DNA of 64,000 nucleotides from Glaucostegus cemiculus. Its lineage: Eukaryota. Each line of letters starts with the position of its first letter. Position 1 is the first letter of the stretch. The stretch lies in contig CDPCPM010000106.1 in the NCBI GenBank assembly GCA_976551045.1, positions 21,886,001-21,950,000 of the forward strand, read 5' to 3'. The translations under genes were made by a program, and so were the position numbers. Below, one piece after another: positions 26,562 to 40,061 of the stretch. Below the pieces are notes generated by a model. It was not told the DNA's origin. It saw only the letters and a program-made list of their open reading frames with translations, and did no database searches.

Positions 26562-27477
26562 CTGCACTTTCTCCATTCCAGTCACCTACAACTTCCACAA
26601 TGGTAGGCAATGGAGGATACCAGTCTTCTGCCTTTCTACCTCTACCTCGAGAAGGTTGCTGTACTGAGTTACTGTTCCTTTGTGGCAGAGACAGCACACC
26701 TGCCTGATGCCTGAAATGATAACTCACTGGCAGGCCAACTGGCTCACAATCCGGTCTTCTCTTCTCATCACCCTGGGGAACATTGTTTATGTGTTCAGAT
26801 GTTCTTGTATTTGCACCCGAACCACACAAGCTATTGGCTTTGTAAACAGCAAGTTCAGATAGTTCCTGACAAGCTTGATTATCGGCAAAAGAGATTGGCA
26901 ACTGGTCCCTGGAGCAGGGAAGGTTTGAAACTGCCTGATGAAAGTTGAAATTCCTCCAGGAATGTCTGACAGTACCTCCCAGGTCGGAGTTCTGTGCATG
27001 ACAGGAGTTGGTCTCCAGACCACGGCTGCTGGTGTACAAGGGTGCTGCTTCCTCACATTTAATCTCACCATTACTGGATTGCGTTAAGTATCTCTCTTTT
27101 TCACTTATGTCTAGGGATGATTTGATGAAGCTCTTGCAGACACTGATCACATCTGTCATCTGCAAGTAGCTGGCAGCTGACATCACATCAATCACATTTT
27201 GGCTTGTGAGGAGCAATTGCCCTGAATATATGAAATCTAAAATAATTGTAAATGCATCTGCAGAAAAGACGTCAAACGTGGCTACAGTGGGCTGTCCCAC
27301 ATCCTGGGCATTATGCAGAAGCAGCATACGGAAGTAGCCACTGCTGGCAAACAAAACATTACGGTGACCCTTAAAGACTCTTCCCTCCACAATGATACTA
27401 CAGTCACAAAAGATTTCCTGTTTGCGCTGTTCATCTAACTGTTGAAATAATCGGGCTTGGTATGAGGAGATCTCCAT
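26562..27477 (-). CDS. ZBTB8A: Zinc finger and BTB domain protein 8A, first coding exon (BTB/POZ). CDS join(27477-26562,25943-25765,24901-24575) = 1422 nt, 473 aa
   Basis: [49 protein letters not shown]...[17 protein letters not shown], a ZBTB8A-type BTB domain. Acceptor ttgcag|ACTG at 27505; donor GCAG|GTAAGC at 26562. Confidence 0.94.
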
Positions 27478-28304
27478 TTTGAGGGCTGCTCGAGGTTACA
27501 TCAGTCTGCAAAGGACATGAAGAATATTATTTTGCTAAGATTAGAAGAAAATCCAGATCCATTCCATATACCAGTTCATCCCAGACAGTTCAATGTAGTG
27601 GAACTTAAAATGACTTTGTGTGTTTTTCTACAACTTTTAATCAACTCATGGAAGAAGATGACCATCCACAGATCATAAGTTTAAAACACATGTCAAAACA
27701 ATCAAAGGGCAAATAAGGAGATTACACTCACTCCAATCCCACACTAAGATCTAAATACTATCACCCTGATGGAAGCAGATTCCATTGAGATTTCAAATGA
27801 AAATTGAACATGTATTTGAAGACCAAACATTTATAGGTTTATGGTGGGGCGGGAGGAGCTTGAGATGCAGCCCAAGACTGAATAAATGAGCAGAATGAGC
27901 CTAAATTTAGAAAAGTAAGAGGTGGATGCATTGAAATTTATCAGGTTGGCAATGAGGGGTTATAGGAATCAGACAGGAAAACAGAGAGGAGGCCAAAGTT
28001 CAAATCAGTCATGGTTTTACTGAATGACACAGCAAGCTCAAGAGGCTGTATATGCCACATCTTCTGTTTATGTTCTAATTGTACAGAAATAATAATTTTA
28101 AACAGTATGTCCATAACAATGGAATTGGCACAGATGTGATAGGCTAAATGGTGGCCTTTGTCATAAAATTTATTCATCCTCTAATTTTAGCTCATAAGTT
28201 GCAGGAATCCTTCATTCTTGGGAATTTAGATAGAAAGAAAATTGTACACTTGGAACATAAAATTCAATAATATCACAGCCAATTTGATGAAAATCAAAAT
28301 AAAC

Positions 28305-28505
28305 CTGAAGATACTAGAAATCTGAAATAAAATCAGAAAATTCTGGGGGGAAATCTCAGCAAGTCAGGCAGCATCTGTGGAAAAAGAAACAGACAACATT
28401 ACAGATCTGTGACCATTCGTGAGACCAAAATGGTTGACAGTTTTTCTTTTCACAGATGCTGCCTGACCTGATGAGTTTCTCCACCAGCATTTTCTGTTTT
28501 TATTA
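28305..28505. repeat. Palindromic short interspersed repeat (CAGATGCTGCCTGACCTG family, probably Penelope-derived)
   Basis: TCAGGCAGCATCTGTG ... CACAGATGCTGCCTGAC inverted pair. Related units at ~8430-8500, 12770-12845, 25003-25085, 29290-29450 and 39085-39115. Confidence 0.6.
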
Positions 28506-30005
28506 TGGCTGTTTTGATCTTTGGCCTCAACTCCATTTCCCTCCCTGATCCCCCATCTGATATAGTTCAATGGTGTCACCTCTCATTTTCCTGAAGTCCA
28601 GGGAACATAGGCTCAGTCCATTCAATTATCTCCAAAAGGTTGTCCCAAGATAGAATTTGTATTTTAAAAATAAAGCACGGCTTAAGCAAGTGAAAGCTTT
28701 CAGGTCAACTTATAAATGTCCTAGTTCACTGCAATTCATTATTGGCCAATTGAAAACTAAACCTTTCACATATAGTTGGGCTTTGCCATTCCCTGGCTCT
28801 TCCAGCCCTACCACTCTTCAGGAATACCTCAACTTCTAACCCATGCCAACACACATTCAAGTTATGTATAGTTTATGTTAATTTAGAACATATAACAGTA
28901 CAGCGCTGGACAGGCCATTCGCCTCACGATGTTGTGCCGATCATGATGCCAATTTATGCTAAATGTCCTCTTCCTGTGTATCATCCATATCTCCTCATTC
29001 CCTTCATATTCATGTGTCAAATTTAAGTTTACATTAACTCATCTTGTACTGTACCGCTGCTGCAAAAAGCAAATTTTCATAGCATTCTTACTCTGTATAT
29101 GTATGCCTGACAGTAAATTTGAACTATTCTTTGCTTTTTCATGAGCGACTATGCTTTCACCTGTCTCCGACACACCCTGGCTCTCTCTCCGAAAACCTTA
29201 CCAACCAGTGACTGTTGATGCCAGCTTTCTACCACTTCCTTAAAACCCACTTCCTTTGGCCAAATCAATCCTTTTTTTAAATGATAAAAAACCAAAAGAA
29301 ATTCTGGAAACAGACAGCTTCTGTGAAAGAGAAACAGTTAACGTTTCAAATCAAAGACCCCCCTCGCCAGACACTGCCTGACCTGCTGAGTGTTTCCAGG
29401 ATTTTCTAGTTTGATTTCACATTTCCAGCAACTGCAGTTTTTATTTTGATTTTCAATTTATGAAATCTTTTAATGTGTCTTGGTATGATCTGGGAATCAC
29501 ACTTGACCCATTCAACAGTGTGAGAGGCGCTGTACAACTCCAAGTTGGTGCCGGACGACCAGGCTGCTGCTGCCGTCCAGGGTGCGGGTGTCCGTAGGGG
29601 GGAAGGGACGACTTCACGGGGTTCTAAATCCCAACTTTCGTTTTTAAATCCTTGCTGGAAAATGCACCACCAGTGATTCGCTGAAGTTGAGCAGAAAGAG
29701 CCTCCACACTTCCCTTGATGTTGAGTGGTCCAACTGGTGGCTGTAACGTGACGAAGTTGGACGTAGAATAGGTGAGGTGGGGTGGGGGGGGAATAAGATT
29801 TACTTTAATATGCAGAAAGGGATTGCACTGCATGGCTGCGGCTGGAGCAGAGCGCGGTCGCCTCAGGCCGTGCAGACCTGGCTCGTCCGGAGTCCGCCCG
29901 ATCCCGACTGGTTGCCTCGAGTGCTAATCAAATGGGCGCTGTGCAAAGGGCAGCAGGAAAGGAGAACGCCCGGGCTCGACATCAGCCCCGGGCGGGTGGA
30001 GAGCC

Positions 30006-30229
30006 CGCGCGCAGCCCGGGGAGGGGAACCGCGCGCGAGACCCGGTGCCGCGCGCAGCCCGGGGAGGGGGGGAACCGCGCGCGAGACCCGGTGCCGCGCG
30101 CAGCCCGGGGAGGGGAACCGCGCGCGAGACCCGGTGCCGCGCGCAGCCCGGGGAGGGGAACCGCGCGCGAGACCCGGTGCCGCGCGCAGCCCGGGGAGGG
30201 GGGGGGGGGGGGGGAACCGCGCGCGAGAC
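30006..30229. repeat. GC-rich minisatellite, ~43-bp unit x ~5, with a variable poly-G tract
   Basis: Unit CGCGCGCAGCCCGGGGAGGGG(G)nAACCGCGCGCGAGACCCGGTGC read directly from the sequence. Confidence 0.95.
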
Positions 30230-30241
30230 AGATAGTTCTGA

Positions 30242-30381
30242 GCGGTCCCGGGCGGAGAGCCCGCGGTCGAGACCAGGGCGGTCCCGGGCGGAGAGCCCGC
30301 GGTCGAGACCAGGGCGGTCCCGGGCGGAGAGCCCGCGGTCGAGACCAGGGCGGACCCGGGCGGAGAGCCCGCGGTCGAGAC
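30242..30381. repeat. GC-rich minisatellite, 36-bp unit x ~4
   Basis: Unit GCGGTCCCGGGCGGAGAGCCCGCGGTCGAGACCAGG, near-identical copies. Confidence 0.95.
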
Positions 30382-31599
30382 GAAAGCCCGCTCGCCATAA
30401 ACGCCCCAGTCCCGGCTGCATCCTCTGCGGGCGGCGGCACCGCCGGGGTGGTAACCGCCCAGTCACCCGGTGTCCCTTACCCCGCCCTTCGGTGGGCGCG
30501 CTGCTGTTCCCGCCGTCTGGGAACCCCAGCCCGTTACAGTCGATCACAGCAGAAAGCCCCGAATCCCCTTACCCGGGACAGATGTCGCTCTCCACCCGGT
30601 CCGACCCGGACGTGCTTTTAACGCCCGGATTTACACCCGGAGGCACTTAAAAGCGAAGTATATAGCAGACCAGTAAAGCGCAATGGTCGTCCCCAGCACC
30701 GTGGTTCTACCTGTATTGGGCACTCTCCAGCTACCCGGTTTGATGTCAGCATTTGCCTCGGAAGATCAGCGGGCATCGGCCGTGGGGTCGCCGGAGACGG
30801 CGGGGCAGCGGGCTGTTCCCCCCACAGAACCGGCGCCCTGGGGCAGGGCTGCGGAGGAACAGCGACCGCAGCCAGAGAATGGCCAGAGCGAAAACTAACA
30901 GGCGGAGACACAAGAAGTTCATTCCTAATCACACTCTGAACAGTTTATAAATGGTACACAGTGGTAGAAGGATTGAATGTTTAGGGCGATGGATTGGATA
31001 GCAGGCTGTAGAGAAATGGCTGTGAGTACTGGTTATAGCAAAGACTTTGTCCCGGACACATCTGATCACTCCAGTTTCAGAAGTGCTCTTGCAACTGCAC
31101 CATGACTCCTCGATGCCACACTGGGCCATGTGCTGCCTTAATGTCAACAGCAGTTACTCGCACCTTACCTTACCTTTGGAGTTCAACTCTCATCCACATT
31201 TGGACCAAAGGTGTGCTGAGCTCTGGAGTCATGCGGTCCTGGCAAAGCCCAAACAGGGCATCTGTGAGCAGGTTAGTGTTCAGTGCTGCTTGCTAACACT
31301 GTCAATGCCTCTGCCACTGGCGGGGCAGTAATTGATCAGCCTGGATTTGTCCTGTTCTTTCTTTGCGAACATAACGCATCTGACCAATTTCCCATATTGT
31401 CCAATAGATGCCAGTGTTGTAACTTCTGAAACAGTTTGGTGGCTGCGTGACTGGAGCTGGAGCTCGGGGTTTTCGGAACGACAGATAGGATCTTACTGGA
31501 TTACAAAACCTTTGCTATAACCAGTATTCAGAACCATTTCTCTACAGTACAGGGAGTCAATAGAATTAACTGAAGATTGGCTTTTGTGATGGTGGGAGA

Positions 31600-31930
31600 A
31601 AGTGTTGCAACGTGGAAGCAGGTCCTTCAGCCCAAGTTCACACCCACCATCAAGTAATTAAAACCAATCTTACACTATTCCCATTTTATTCTCCACTCGT
31701 TCCCATAACTTCTTCCCAGATTCAACCCTTCACCTGCATACTTGGGGCAATTTACAGTGGCCAATTTACAACTTGCACAAGTTTGGGATGTAGGAAGAAA
31801 CCGAAGCACCGGGAGGCAACCCACACCGTCACAGGGATAACGTGCAAACTCCACACAGACAGCACCAAAGGTCAAGCTTGAACCCAGGTTGCTGGAGCTG
31901 CAAGGCAGGAGCTCTACTAGCTGTGTCACC
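31600..31930 (-). mobile_element. V-SINE-like SINE (older subfamily)
   Basis: Core shared with the copies at 9320 and 16575. Confidence 0.75.
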
Positions 31931-34900
31931 CCATCCAGTCAGGAACACTTCTTCCACTTCGTAAGAATACCTGGGTGAGAAGAGAGATGCAAGGGTTGTC
32001 AATCATTTTAAAAAAATTAAAGTGGGAAGCCTGCATGTCACTTTCTGCAGTTAGTCATTTAGAGTGAACAATATAGCCAAAAGCCAGCTCACTAAAACAA
32101 AGCCACTAGCTTTTTCTTTAAAAACACTTATTTTCAAAGGATAGAAGTTGAGCAAAGAAAATGCGCTTAATGTTGACTTGGGTCTGTAAAATAAAATAAC
32201 TCGACAATTCAGACCAGAGTTCATCTCACTAAAGAGTTAAGTTCATCAATTAGATTAGAGAATTTCAAATGAGGACAAATGTAAAATACATTATACCCAT
32301 TGTGATCTTCACTAGATATGATTGTTACATCTACGGATTACATGAACATACATTAGATAATTGGACAAGGTACTCAAACCATTTGAGAAAGTGACCAAAG
32401 TTTGTAGCAAAATGTTGAAAACAAAAACTGCTTACTACCTCCAAATGGGACTAGCTTAGATGGGAATCTTAGTCAGCATGGACCAGTTGGGCTGAAGGGC
32501 CCATTTCCATGCTGAATGATTCTATGTCCTCCAGTGAGTTTACTTCAATTTCCCATGATCCAGAATTGGCTGCATCACATCTGAATAATACAAAATATGT
32601 TAACTACATACAATATGAAAATGTATTTTAATAATCGTAATAGAGATACATGGCTACAATGTAGCTAACCTTTTAAGCACTAGATCACATTTGTTTTGTT
32701 GAGATTATGGTGATTATGCGAACAATTAAAGATATCACATTCCACAAAAGATACCAGCTTTTTTTCATCTGATATTTGCAATATAGTTAACAGATATTAA
32801 ATTATCAATTTAGAAAAAGTCAAAAACTGCCAATATTGTTGAATGATCATAAAATACTCGAATTTACAATTCCATTGCACCTACTGGCACACTGACATCA
32901 ACAATGTCCACAATCTATGAAATTCAATGCTGAAGCACCAAAACAGATGGTTCACTAAAATGTGAAGGGTGGAAAAAGAAACGTCCTTTGAAGGAAATAG
33001 GATAACATACTCAAAACAACAGGTTCACATCGAAAAAAGTGTCCACCAAGTCACATTAGCATTTAACATCCTATACATTGCAGAGTTGCAACCAGGATTA
33101 GTTTGCCCTGCAGCATTAAATGTCATTGTGGAAATGTATTGCAGCTGAAAGCGGATATAAACTCCAGATTTAAACCTACAATGTGGAATAAACGTTTGTG
33201 CCGGCAAGGTTGTTAATGGGCATCATAAATTTTCTTATCAGTATGGAGTTAAAAATGTAATCCTATTTAAATGCACTTTTCCTTTTGGGGGGAAAAAAAA
33301 TCTTTCCTGGCCAGTGCAGTGATACAGGATTTTGGATGGAACAGTTTTGCCAAAAGAGAACAGTGGAATAGGGAGTTGCTGAACTGTTGTGGGAAGAGAC
33401 ACAAAATAAAAAGGAATGGACACCACAAGTTGTGCATGCAAACATCCTCATAGCTACCGCAGAACAGCAACAGTGGAAAGAAGCTGGGAAGTTGGCTGCT
33501 GAGAACTCTAGTCAAACAATATGAAACATTGTGGTACTTGATCCTAAGGTGGAAAACAAGGGGCTCAAAAGTGGCCAATATATTTTAAAATTGAACCAAA
33601 AGAAAATCCAGTCGGATGTGCATCAGTTACGAAGTCTCAGAGTCTAATGCAGGGGAGCTAATTATTATTTCACCTGATAGGCTTCAAAATGACCATAATC
33701 ATATACAGTTATAAATTCTATTCCTTCGCCAGAAGAAAGACTGTAACATGGGAGGTTGAGGAAAACAAATCCACTCTTTGTTCATTTAAAAATATTTCTA
33801 CTTGTTGTCAGCAATAATATTGCAATCCCAACAACAACTCTGCTGTAAAGAAATACGCCTCTACAATAATTCTGCACTTGGAACTTGTACAAATTGTACA
33901 AGATTTTTTTTTGATTATTATTTTTTTAAGACAGCCCACTTTTAATAGGATGTTAAAGGTACACCTTAAAATTTAAAGAGCATTCAAAAAAGACTTAGTT
34001 ATTTTATATCTCTAAATATTATGGCATCATCCAATGGGATTGAAAGTGCTTGAATTGTAAAGTGGGGGCCATGTCCTTTTTATTGTACCTGTAGTAACTG
34101 AAACATCCAAGTTCAAACACAATTCGCTGTGTTAAAGGTAATATAACTACAAAGTATACAAAGGTAAAATTTGACACCAAGCCACAAAAGGAGATACTCG
34201 GGCCTATGATTGAAAACATAGGTTTTAAGGAAGAAACAGAAGCAGTATGATTTAGGGTTGGAATTCATTAATGTTTTGATAGTTGAATGTGAGGTTCAAG
34301 AACTCAAAAGTGGAAGTATAAAGATTTCTTAATGGTTATAGACCTGAAGAACTTTATGAAAATTAAAGACAAGGCCATGTAAAGATTTGAAAACACGTGA
34401 GATTTTTAAAAACCAAGGCATTGCTTAACAAGGAGCCAGTGTTGGTCATCAAGCACAGAGGTGATGGGTGCGATAAACTTGGGTATACCTACCTTCTTTA
34501 CAGTATGCTGTCCCTCATCTCATGATTGTTGTGTTATATACAAAATAAAAATATTACCTACTTTTATAGATTTCACTGTAAGGGATTTTATTGATTATAA
34601 TGTATTTTTAAGCTGTGACATATTTCCTCCTACTTGGAGAGACTGGGGAGAGTTGAGAATTACAATCAGATCAGCCATAATCTTATTAAAATATCAGCAA
34701 AGGCCTACTCTTGTTCCTAATTCATATGCACCCTGTTCTCCCCATTTATCCTTTATTCCTTGCCCTCGGCCACTAGAAAAGTAATCTAATTGTTACATCT
34801 ATGTTAATAGCACTATTACTGCATAGTATTATGTATCATTCTGCACTTCAAACTGAAAACATTCTGAAAATTTGCAAAGGAGATCGAAATTTGTTATAAA

Positions 34901-37564
34901 ACAACAATTTTAGAAAGTTTCATTTCAATGAATAAAAAAAATGCAAGAAGCTTTCAATTGCATTGGATCCAAGCATGAATAGGAATACTTGGATACTCCA
35001 TGCCATCATCAAATAGGGTGCTACATATGGATTCATTACTGGTAAAGGTTTCTCTCCAGATCTACAAAGTCTACCATTTTCACTGATTGCTAGTAGTTGA
35101 GCTACTTTGCATCTCTTTGCTGCACCGGTAATATTGTTATACCCAGTGTAGCTGTAGATTAGAAATTCCTTTTCATCCACACACTCAAGTTTCCACCTGA
35201 CCCTGCCCAACAGAGTGGGCAATTTAATTGATTGCATATGTTAGTGGTTTTAATTCCAAATTTGGTTAGATAACCAATGCAATAGCAGTTTCCCTCAAAT
35301 CATCTGTACTCCAAATAAAACTGCATAAATGATTCATAATTTATTGGCAATGGAGTCACATTTACCATCAATGGAAACATTTAGATGAGATCCATACTCT
35401 ATTACTCTAGGCCAGATTTAATATCCAGGTGCCTGAATTAAGAGTACTAACTTGCTCACTTGATCTGTTTTACTCTCAACTCTAATCAGATCAAAAAAAA
35501 AGTTTAACTTATTGAATTGATTATTATATCACTGGAGTCCATCCGAACCATCCCATCCATTCTAGCTTCAAGCAAAGCTATCCCATCAGTCCCATTCCCA
35601 CCACCCACCCATCCCCAAACTAGCTTCCAGATCAAATACTAGAATCATTCCACAACTGTTGGTTATAACTTCAGCTCATGGCCCTAGGCTCAGGAATTCT
35701 ATCCTTAAACCTCTCCATTCTTCTACTTATTTTCTTCTTAAACAAGGAAAATACTGAGCAAGTTAAGTTATTTTGCCTAATATCTCATTACACAACCTGG
35801 TGTCAAATTTTGTTTGTTAATATTACCATGATGCTTGTTGGGATCTTTTGGTACATCAGAAGTCTTACAGGTACAATTTTGTGTTGCAAATAAGTTTGTG
35901 CAGATAAATGACAAGTAAACATTCACAAAATTGGTTTCCTCACATGAACTATGGGAAGGGAATATATCTGAACCCAAAGTAATGGGATGGGGACAAAGGA
36001 ACATACAATCATTTTTTTGTTCATATTCCAAGATTAGTGCAGCATGATTCTGGCCTTAAGCTTAAAGGATTCTCTGTACCTAGTCAAAGAACATTAGACT
36101 CATTACAACTGAGAAACAAACTTTATAACATGCACATATACATTAAAATCACATCCAATCAGTAATTATTAAAAAGATGAGCTTTAAAATGGTGCCAGAA
36201 CTAACGGCAAACACCTTGACACCAAGGGAATGATGCATCAATCACAGGGTCTTTGTTTCCACCCTATTATTATGTGGACAATACAAACAGTGACAGCTTA
36301 TTGATTTAGAGCTATCAAACAGCAATATAACCTGTCAGAGTGACAATGGTGAGCATTCCTTTCAGACAAGCATTTTGGTCTTCTACTTGTTCCCTTTAGG
36401 AGGTTAAATGTGAATTAAGAAGTAATTATTGCTGTTTAAAGCAGTTCTGATACATCAGAACAGTATCTTACATGGAACAAGTTTTAGCTTCTTTTCCAAG
36501 TTGCTTTTAAATACTATTTCCTAGCCCTTGAATTTTATCTTCTGAAGTGAAGAATAGGGTTCATCAAGCTCTCATCATTACAGCAATTCATTTTCCACTA
36601 CCGTTTAACCAAACCTGCAGGTTTCCAGGAACGGGGACAATTTTTTCCCCACATACAATAAAAAAAAAGACAAGACAAACAGAAAAAGACAATAATGAGA
36701 ATGGTTACAATTTTCATAAATATATAGTCAAGTGCTGAAGAACTTTCTTCAGTTGTTTGAAGTCCACCCTGCCTCCCTCCATTTGTGCCAGATCCTGGTT
36801 AAATAATGTTCAGTATCACACCCAGGACTAGGCAATCCAGTGGCTCTGGCTATTGGCCCCTAAATAAGAGTTTCAGAGAACTGACTTTTTACTCGACCAA
36901 AGGAACGCCAACACAATGTTCACTATGTACAAGTTAGAAAACATCCACATAAAATTCAAAGGAGATCTGAATGCACTAACACCACCATTTTAGTGCTTTT
37001 TTAAAAAAAATCTTTGTCCACATATCTAGTCAATGCAGAACATTTCAAGCTGTTTGATCTTGAACTAAGTAATTAATTAGCCAATGGCACCAGTCAACCA
37101 ATATTTATTTGCCCAGAACAAGTCACTAAGTAGAATTAGCACAGTTCCATTGTATTTGTGGAGATTCTTTTGGGAAAAGATATTCACAAGCAGTAATAAT
37201 CAGCAAAGGCTGAAAGGGAATTGGCTCTGGATTTTACTTTGGTTGTACCAGCAGATATTTGGCTCTTTCCATTTAAGAATTTGTCACAGAAAGAGGCTTC
37301 CCAGCTTCTTCCATTCGGGTTGGCAACCATTCTGTAATATTTTTCTGTCCAGTTTACCAACTTCTTATTGGACTCCTTGGGCAGGGGTCCATTGCAACTG
37401 TTGATACCCCATTTGAAAATCAATAAGGGATCCATATTGACTGGAGTTTCTTTGGCCTTGAAGTTTCCAACATTGTATAATGGTAAGTAACTGCATTTGC
37501 TCACCATGATGCTTCGGGAAGAACATTTGCAACCCATCTGGAGCCAGAGGAGTAAAGTATAGCA

Positions 37565-37873
37565 CTAAATAAATCCTTCACTATCTGTCAAACTTCTCTG
37601 AATCTGTTGCTTGTCATCCACATTGTCTCCAGCAGACTCATTCTCTTCACTTGATTCTATGTACACAGGCCAGTTCGCATCTTTGTCCTCCTTCTCCTGG
37701 GTTTCCAAAACCTGCTCAGTCTGACTTAGATTGACTGGAGATGTTTCCTCATTTGTCGTCATCACACACGTACAGCTATCACAGAGGCCAAATCGCCTTG
37801 CACCATGCTGCAGGTTGCTGGTAAACGTTCTCCTGCATCCTTTGCAGACAATCGGTCTGTTAGAACGGTGCAC
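37565..37873 (-). CDS. ZBTB8B: ZBTB8B last coding exon
   Basis: ttccctcag|GTG CAC CGT..., encodes VHRSNRPIVCKGCRRTFTSNLQHGARRFGLCDSCTC...DSEGFI*. Confidence 0.93.
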   Translation of the reverse strand: MHRSNRPIVCKGCRRTFTSNLQHGARRFGLCDSCTCVMTTNEETSPVNLSQTEQVLETQEKEDKDANWPVYIESSEENESAGDNVDDKQQIQRSLTDSEGFI

Positions 37874-39116
37874 CTGAGGGAAGTGGAAGTCAACATGTGT
37901 ACTTCAATCTTTGATGAAACACAGATGTTCAGATTGAATGGTACACTTCAGCATTTTAAAAAGTTAAAACAAGTCCACTATCACTACAGTCTTTTACTAT
38001 TTTTGTTTCATATTTTAAAAACTATTTCTATCTTTGTGTCATCTGAAAACATGGGTATCTTTCTATCCTATCATATTATGAACTTCAGCAAGGTATTTCA
38101 AACGTCATTCCCCATTCCATTTTGTGCTGGCTTTTTCCAACCAGCTGAGAATTTTTTTTCATGCCATGCTACTTATACATGCATGACCTGGCACACAAAA
38201 TATTAAAAAGCCTGCCACAAACAGACACTTCCTTTTGACTGAAAAATACAGCCATTTGTTTTCCATTTTCTATGATCCTCACAAATCAGAACTTAAATTG
38301 AAGGGTATTCTCTTCAATTTTCTGTTATCCTTGCTACTTGATAGCCTTATGTCGGGCATCACAACTGTGAAAAGAAAAATTGCTGCTTTGATCACAAAAA
38401 TCACTTGAGCAATCACCTACTGGATTCTAAAAGATGCAGAACTGCAATCAAAAACAGTGCACAGGCAAGTCTAATTAATAAATATCACAGATTGAAAGCT
38501 GAGTCAAAAAAAAAACAGCCTTGCACAAGTAATCATTGACCAAACTTGCAGCATTGTTTGAAAGAGCACAAGGTGTCCAAGTGTCACAGATGGTAAAGAC
38601 CTAAATGTTTAACTGATCCATAATAAAAATCTGTAACAATCCAGATTTGGATTATATCATACTTGTTTATCTTAGTTGGAACGGCAGATTGGTTGTTCCA
38701 GATTTTAGATAATCTCTTGTGTACAAATAGCAATGATCACTTTTATGATGGTCCAACTATGTTAAATTCAGCTGTGCATCTAAACAGCCCAATATATACA
38801 TTTACAACTGCATTACAAATTGGTGTAGCAATAGGAACTACTTGCATCTGAGCGAGAGTATTGTCTTTCACATGCACTACCTTATTCAAAGGAAGACAAG
38901 ACTGAAATATTTCAGTGAAATGAGGCCAGCTATAAATTGTTACGCTATTTTACAGGCAGCAATTCTGTAAAGACCAGCATTGGCCATGGATTGGTTGATG
39001 AAACCCTTGCCTCAAGGAATCAAAAGGTGGATTATCTAAATGCAGAGACTGCAAATGAGAGAAGTTCAGAGCAATTCAGAGCAGAAAACACAAACTGCTG
39101 GAGGAACTCAGCGGGA

Positions 39117-40032
39117 GCAAAGTGTTCTGGTGCACAAGTCACCAAAAGTTAGCAGGTCCAACAAGTAGTAAAAGCAGCAAATGGCACACTGCCCTTTATT
39201 GCAAAGAGGGTTGAGTTTAAGAATAGGGACATCTTATTACAGTTGTACAGGGTGCTGGTGAGGCCAACTGGAATATTGTGCAGTTTTGGTCTCCTTACCA
39301 GAAAAAGAATATAGTAGCATTACAGGCAGTCCAAAGGAGATTTACCATGATAGAACAACAGGATTGTCCTATCAAGAGGGGCTGGATGGTTTGAGTTGGT
39401 GTTTCTTGAAATGATCTTATTCAAACACATAATATCCTTGGAAAGCTTGACAGGGAGATTGTTGTGATATTTTTACTAGTGGGAGAGTCGCAAAAAAAGG
39501 GACATAGCCACAAAACAAGGGGCCAGTCATTTAAAAGTGAAATGGGTAGAAATTTCTTCTCTCAGTGGGTAGTGAATCTCTGGAACTCTTTGCCCGCTGA
39601 GACTGGTGGAAGCAGTTTAAGGTGGAGATAGATGGAGATTTAGATAGGTGGAAATTTAGGGGCGGCACGATAGCATAGCGGTTAGCATGACGCTGTTACA
39701 GAGCCAGCGATCAGGTTTCGATTCCTGTCACTGACTGTAAGGAGTTTGTATGTTCTCCCGTGTCTGCATGGGTTTCCTCTGGGTTCTCCGGTTTCCTCCC
39801 ACATTCTCAAAGACGCACGGGTAGGTTAATTTGGGGGTTTAAAATGGGCGGCATGGACTCATTGGACCAAAAGGGCCTGTTACCACGCTGTAAATGAATT
39901 AAAAAAGATAAATATTTGAAAGATCAGGAATTGAGGATTATAGGGAACTGGAGGAGTTGAGGTCATTTTAGATCAGCCAAGGTCACACTGAATGGCAGGA
40001 CTGGCTTAAGGGGCCTGGTTGTCTACTCCTGC
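39117..40032 (+). mobile_element. CR1 LINE 3' fragment interrupted by a SINE
   Basis: Decayed LQLYRVLVR..LEYCVQFWSP-like coding sequence and CR1 3' UTR ending CTACTCCTGCTCCTAGTTTCTTG. Confidence 0.75.
39659..39895 (+). mobile_element. tRNA-derived V-SINE/HE1-like SINE nested in CR1
   Basis: Same head and core as the copy at 16057, with a CR1-like tail. Confidence 0.8.
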
Positions 40033-40061
40033 TCCTAGTTTCTTGTATTCTTGTAGGGGTT

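Larger units (their letters stand above)
29850..30910 (-). promoter_or_regulatory. CpG island: probable promoter and non-coding first exon of ZBTB8A
   Basis: Sharp GC/CpG enrichment in an AT-rich background about 2.5-3.4 kb upstream of the ZBTB8A acceptor. Minus-strand donor-like sites GG|GTAAGG at 30572 and 30480, and CAG|GTAGAA at 30710. Confidence 0.75.

Noticed and set aside
30006-30381. Regularly spaced repeats resembling a CRISPR array
   Set aside because: Head-to-tail units without unique spacers, no cas genes, vertebrate context.
29777-30950. Many long overlapping Arg/Gly/Pro-rich ORFs (up to 229 aa)
   Set aside because: Artefacts of GC-rich tandem repeats that lack stop codons in several frames on both strands; no recognisable domain.
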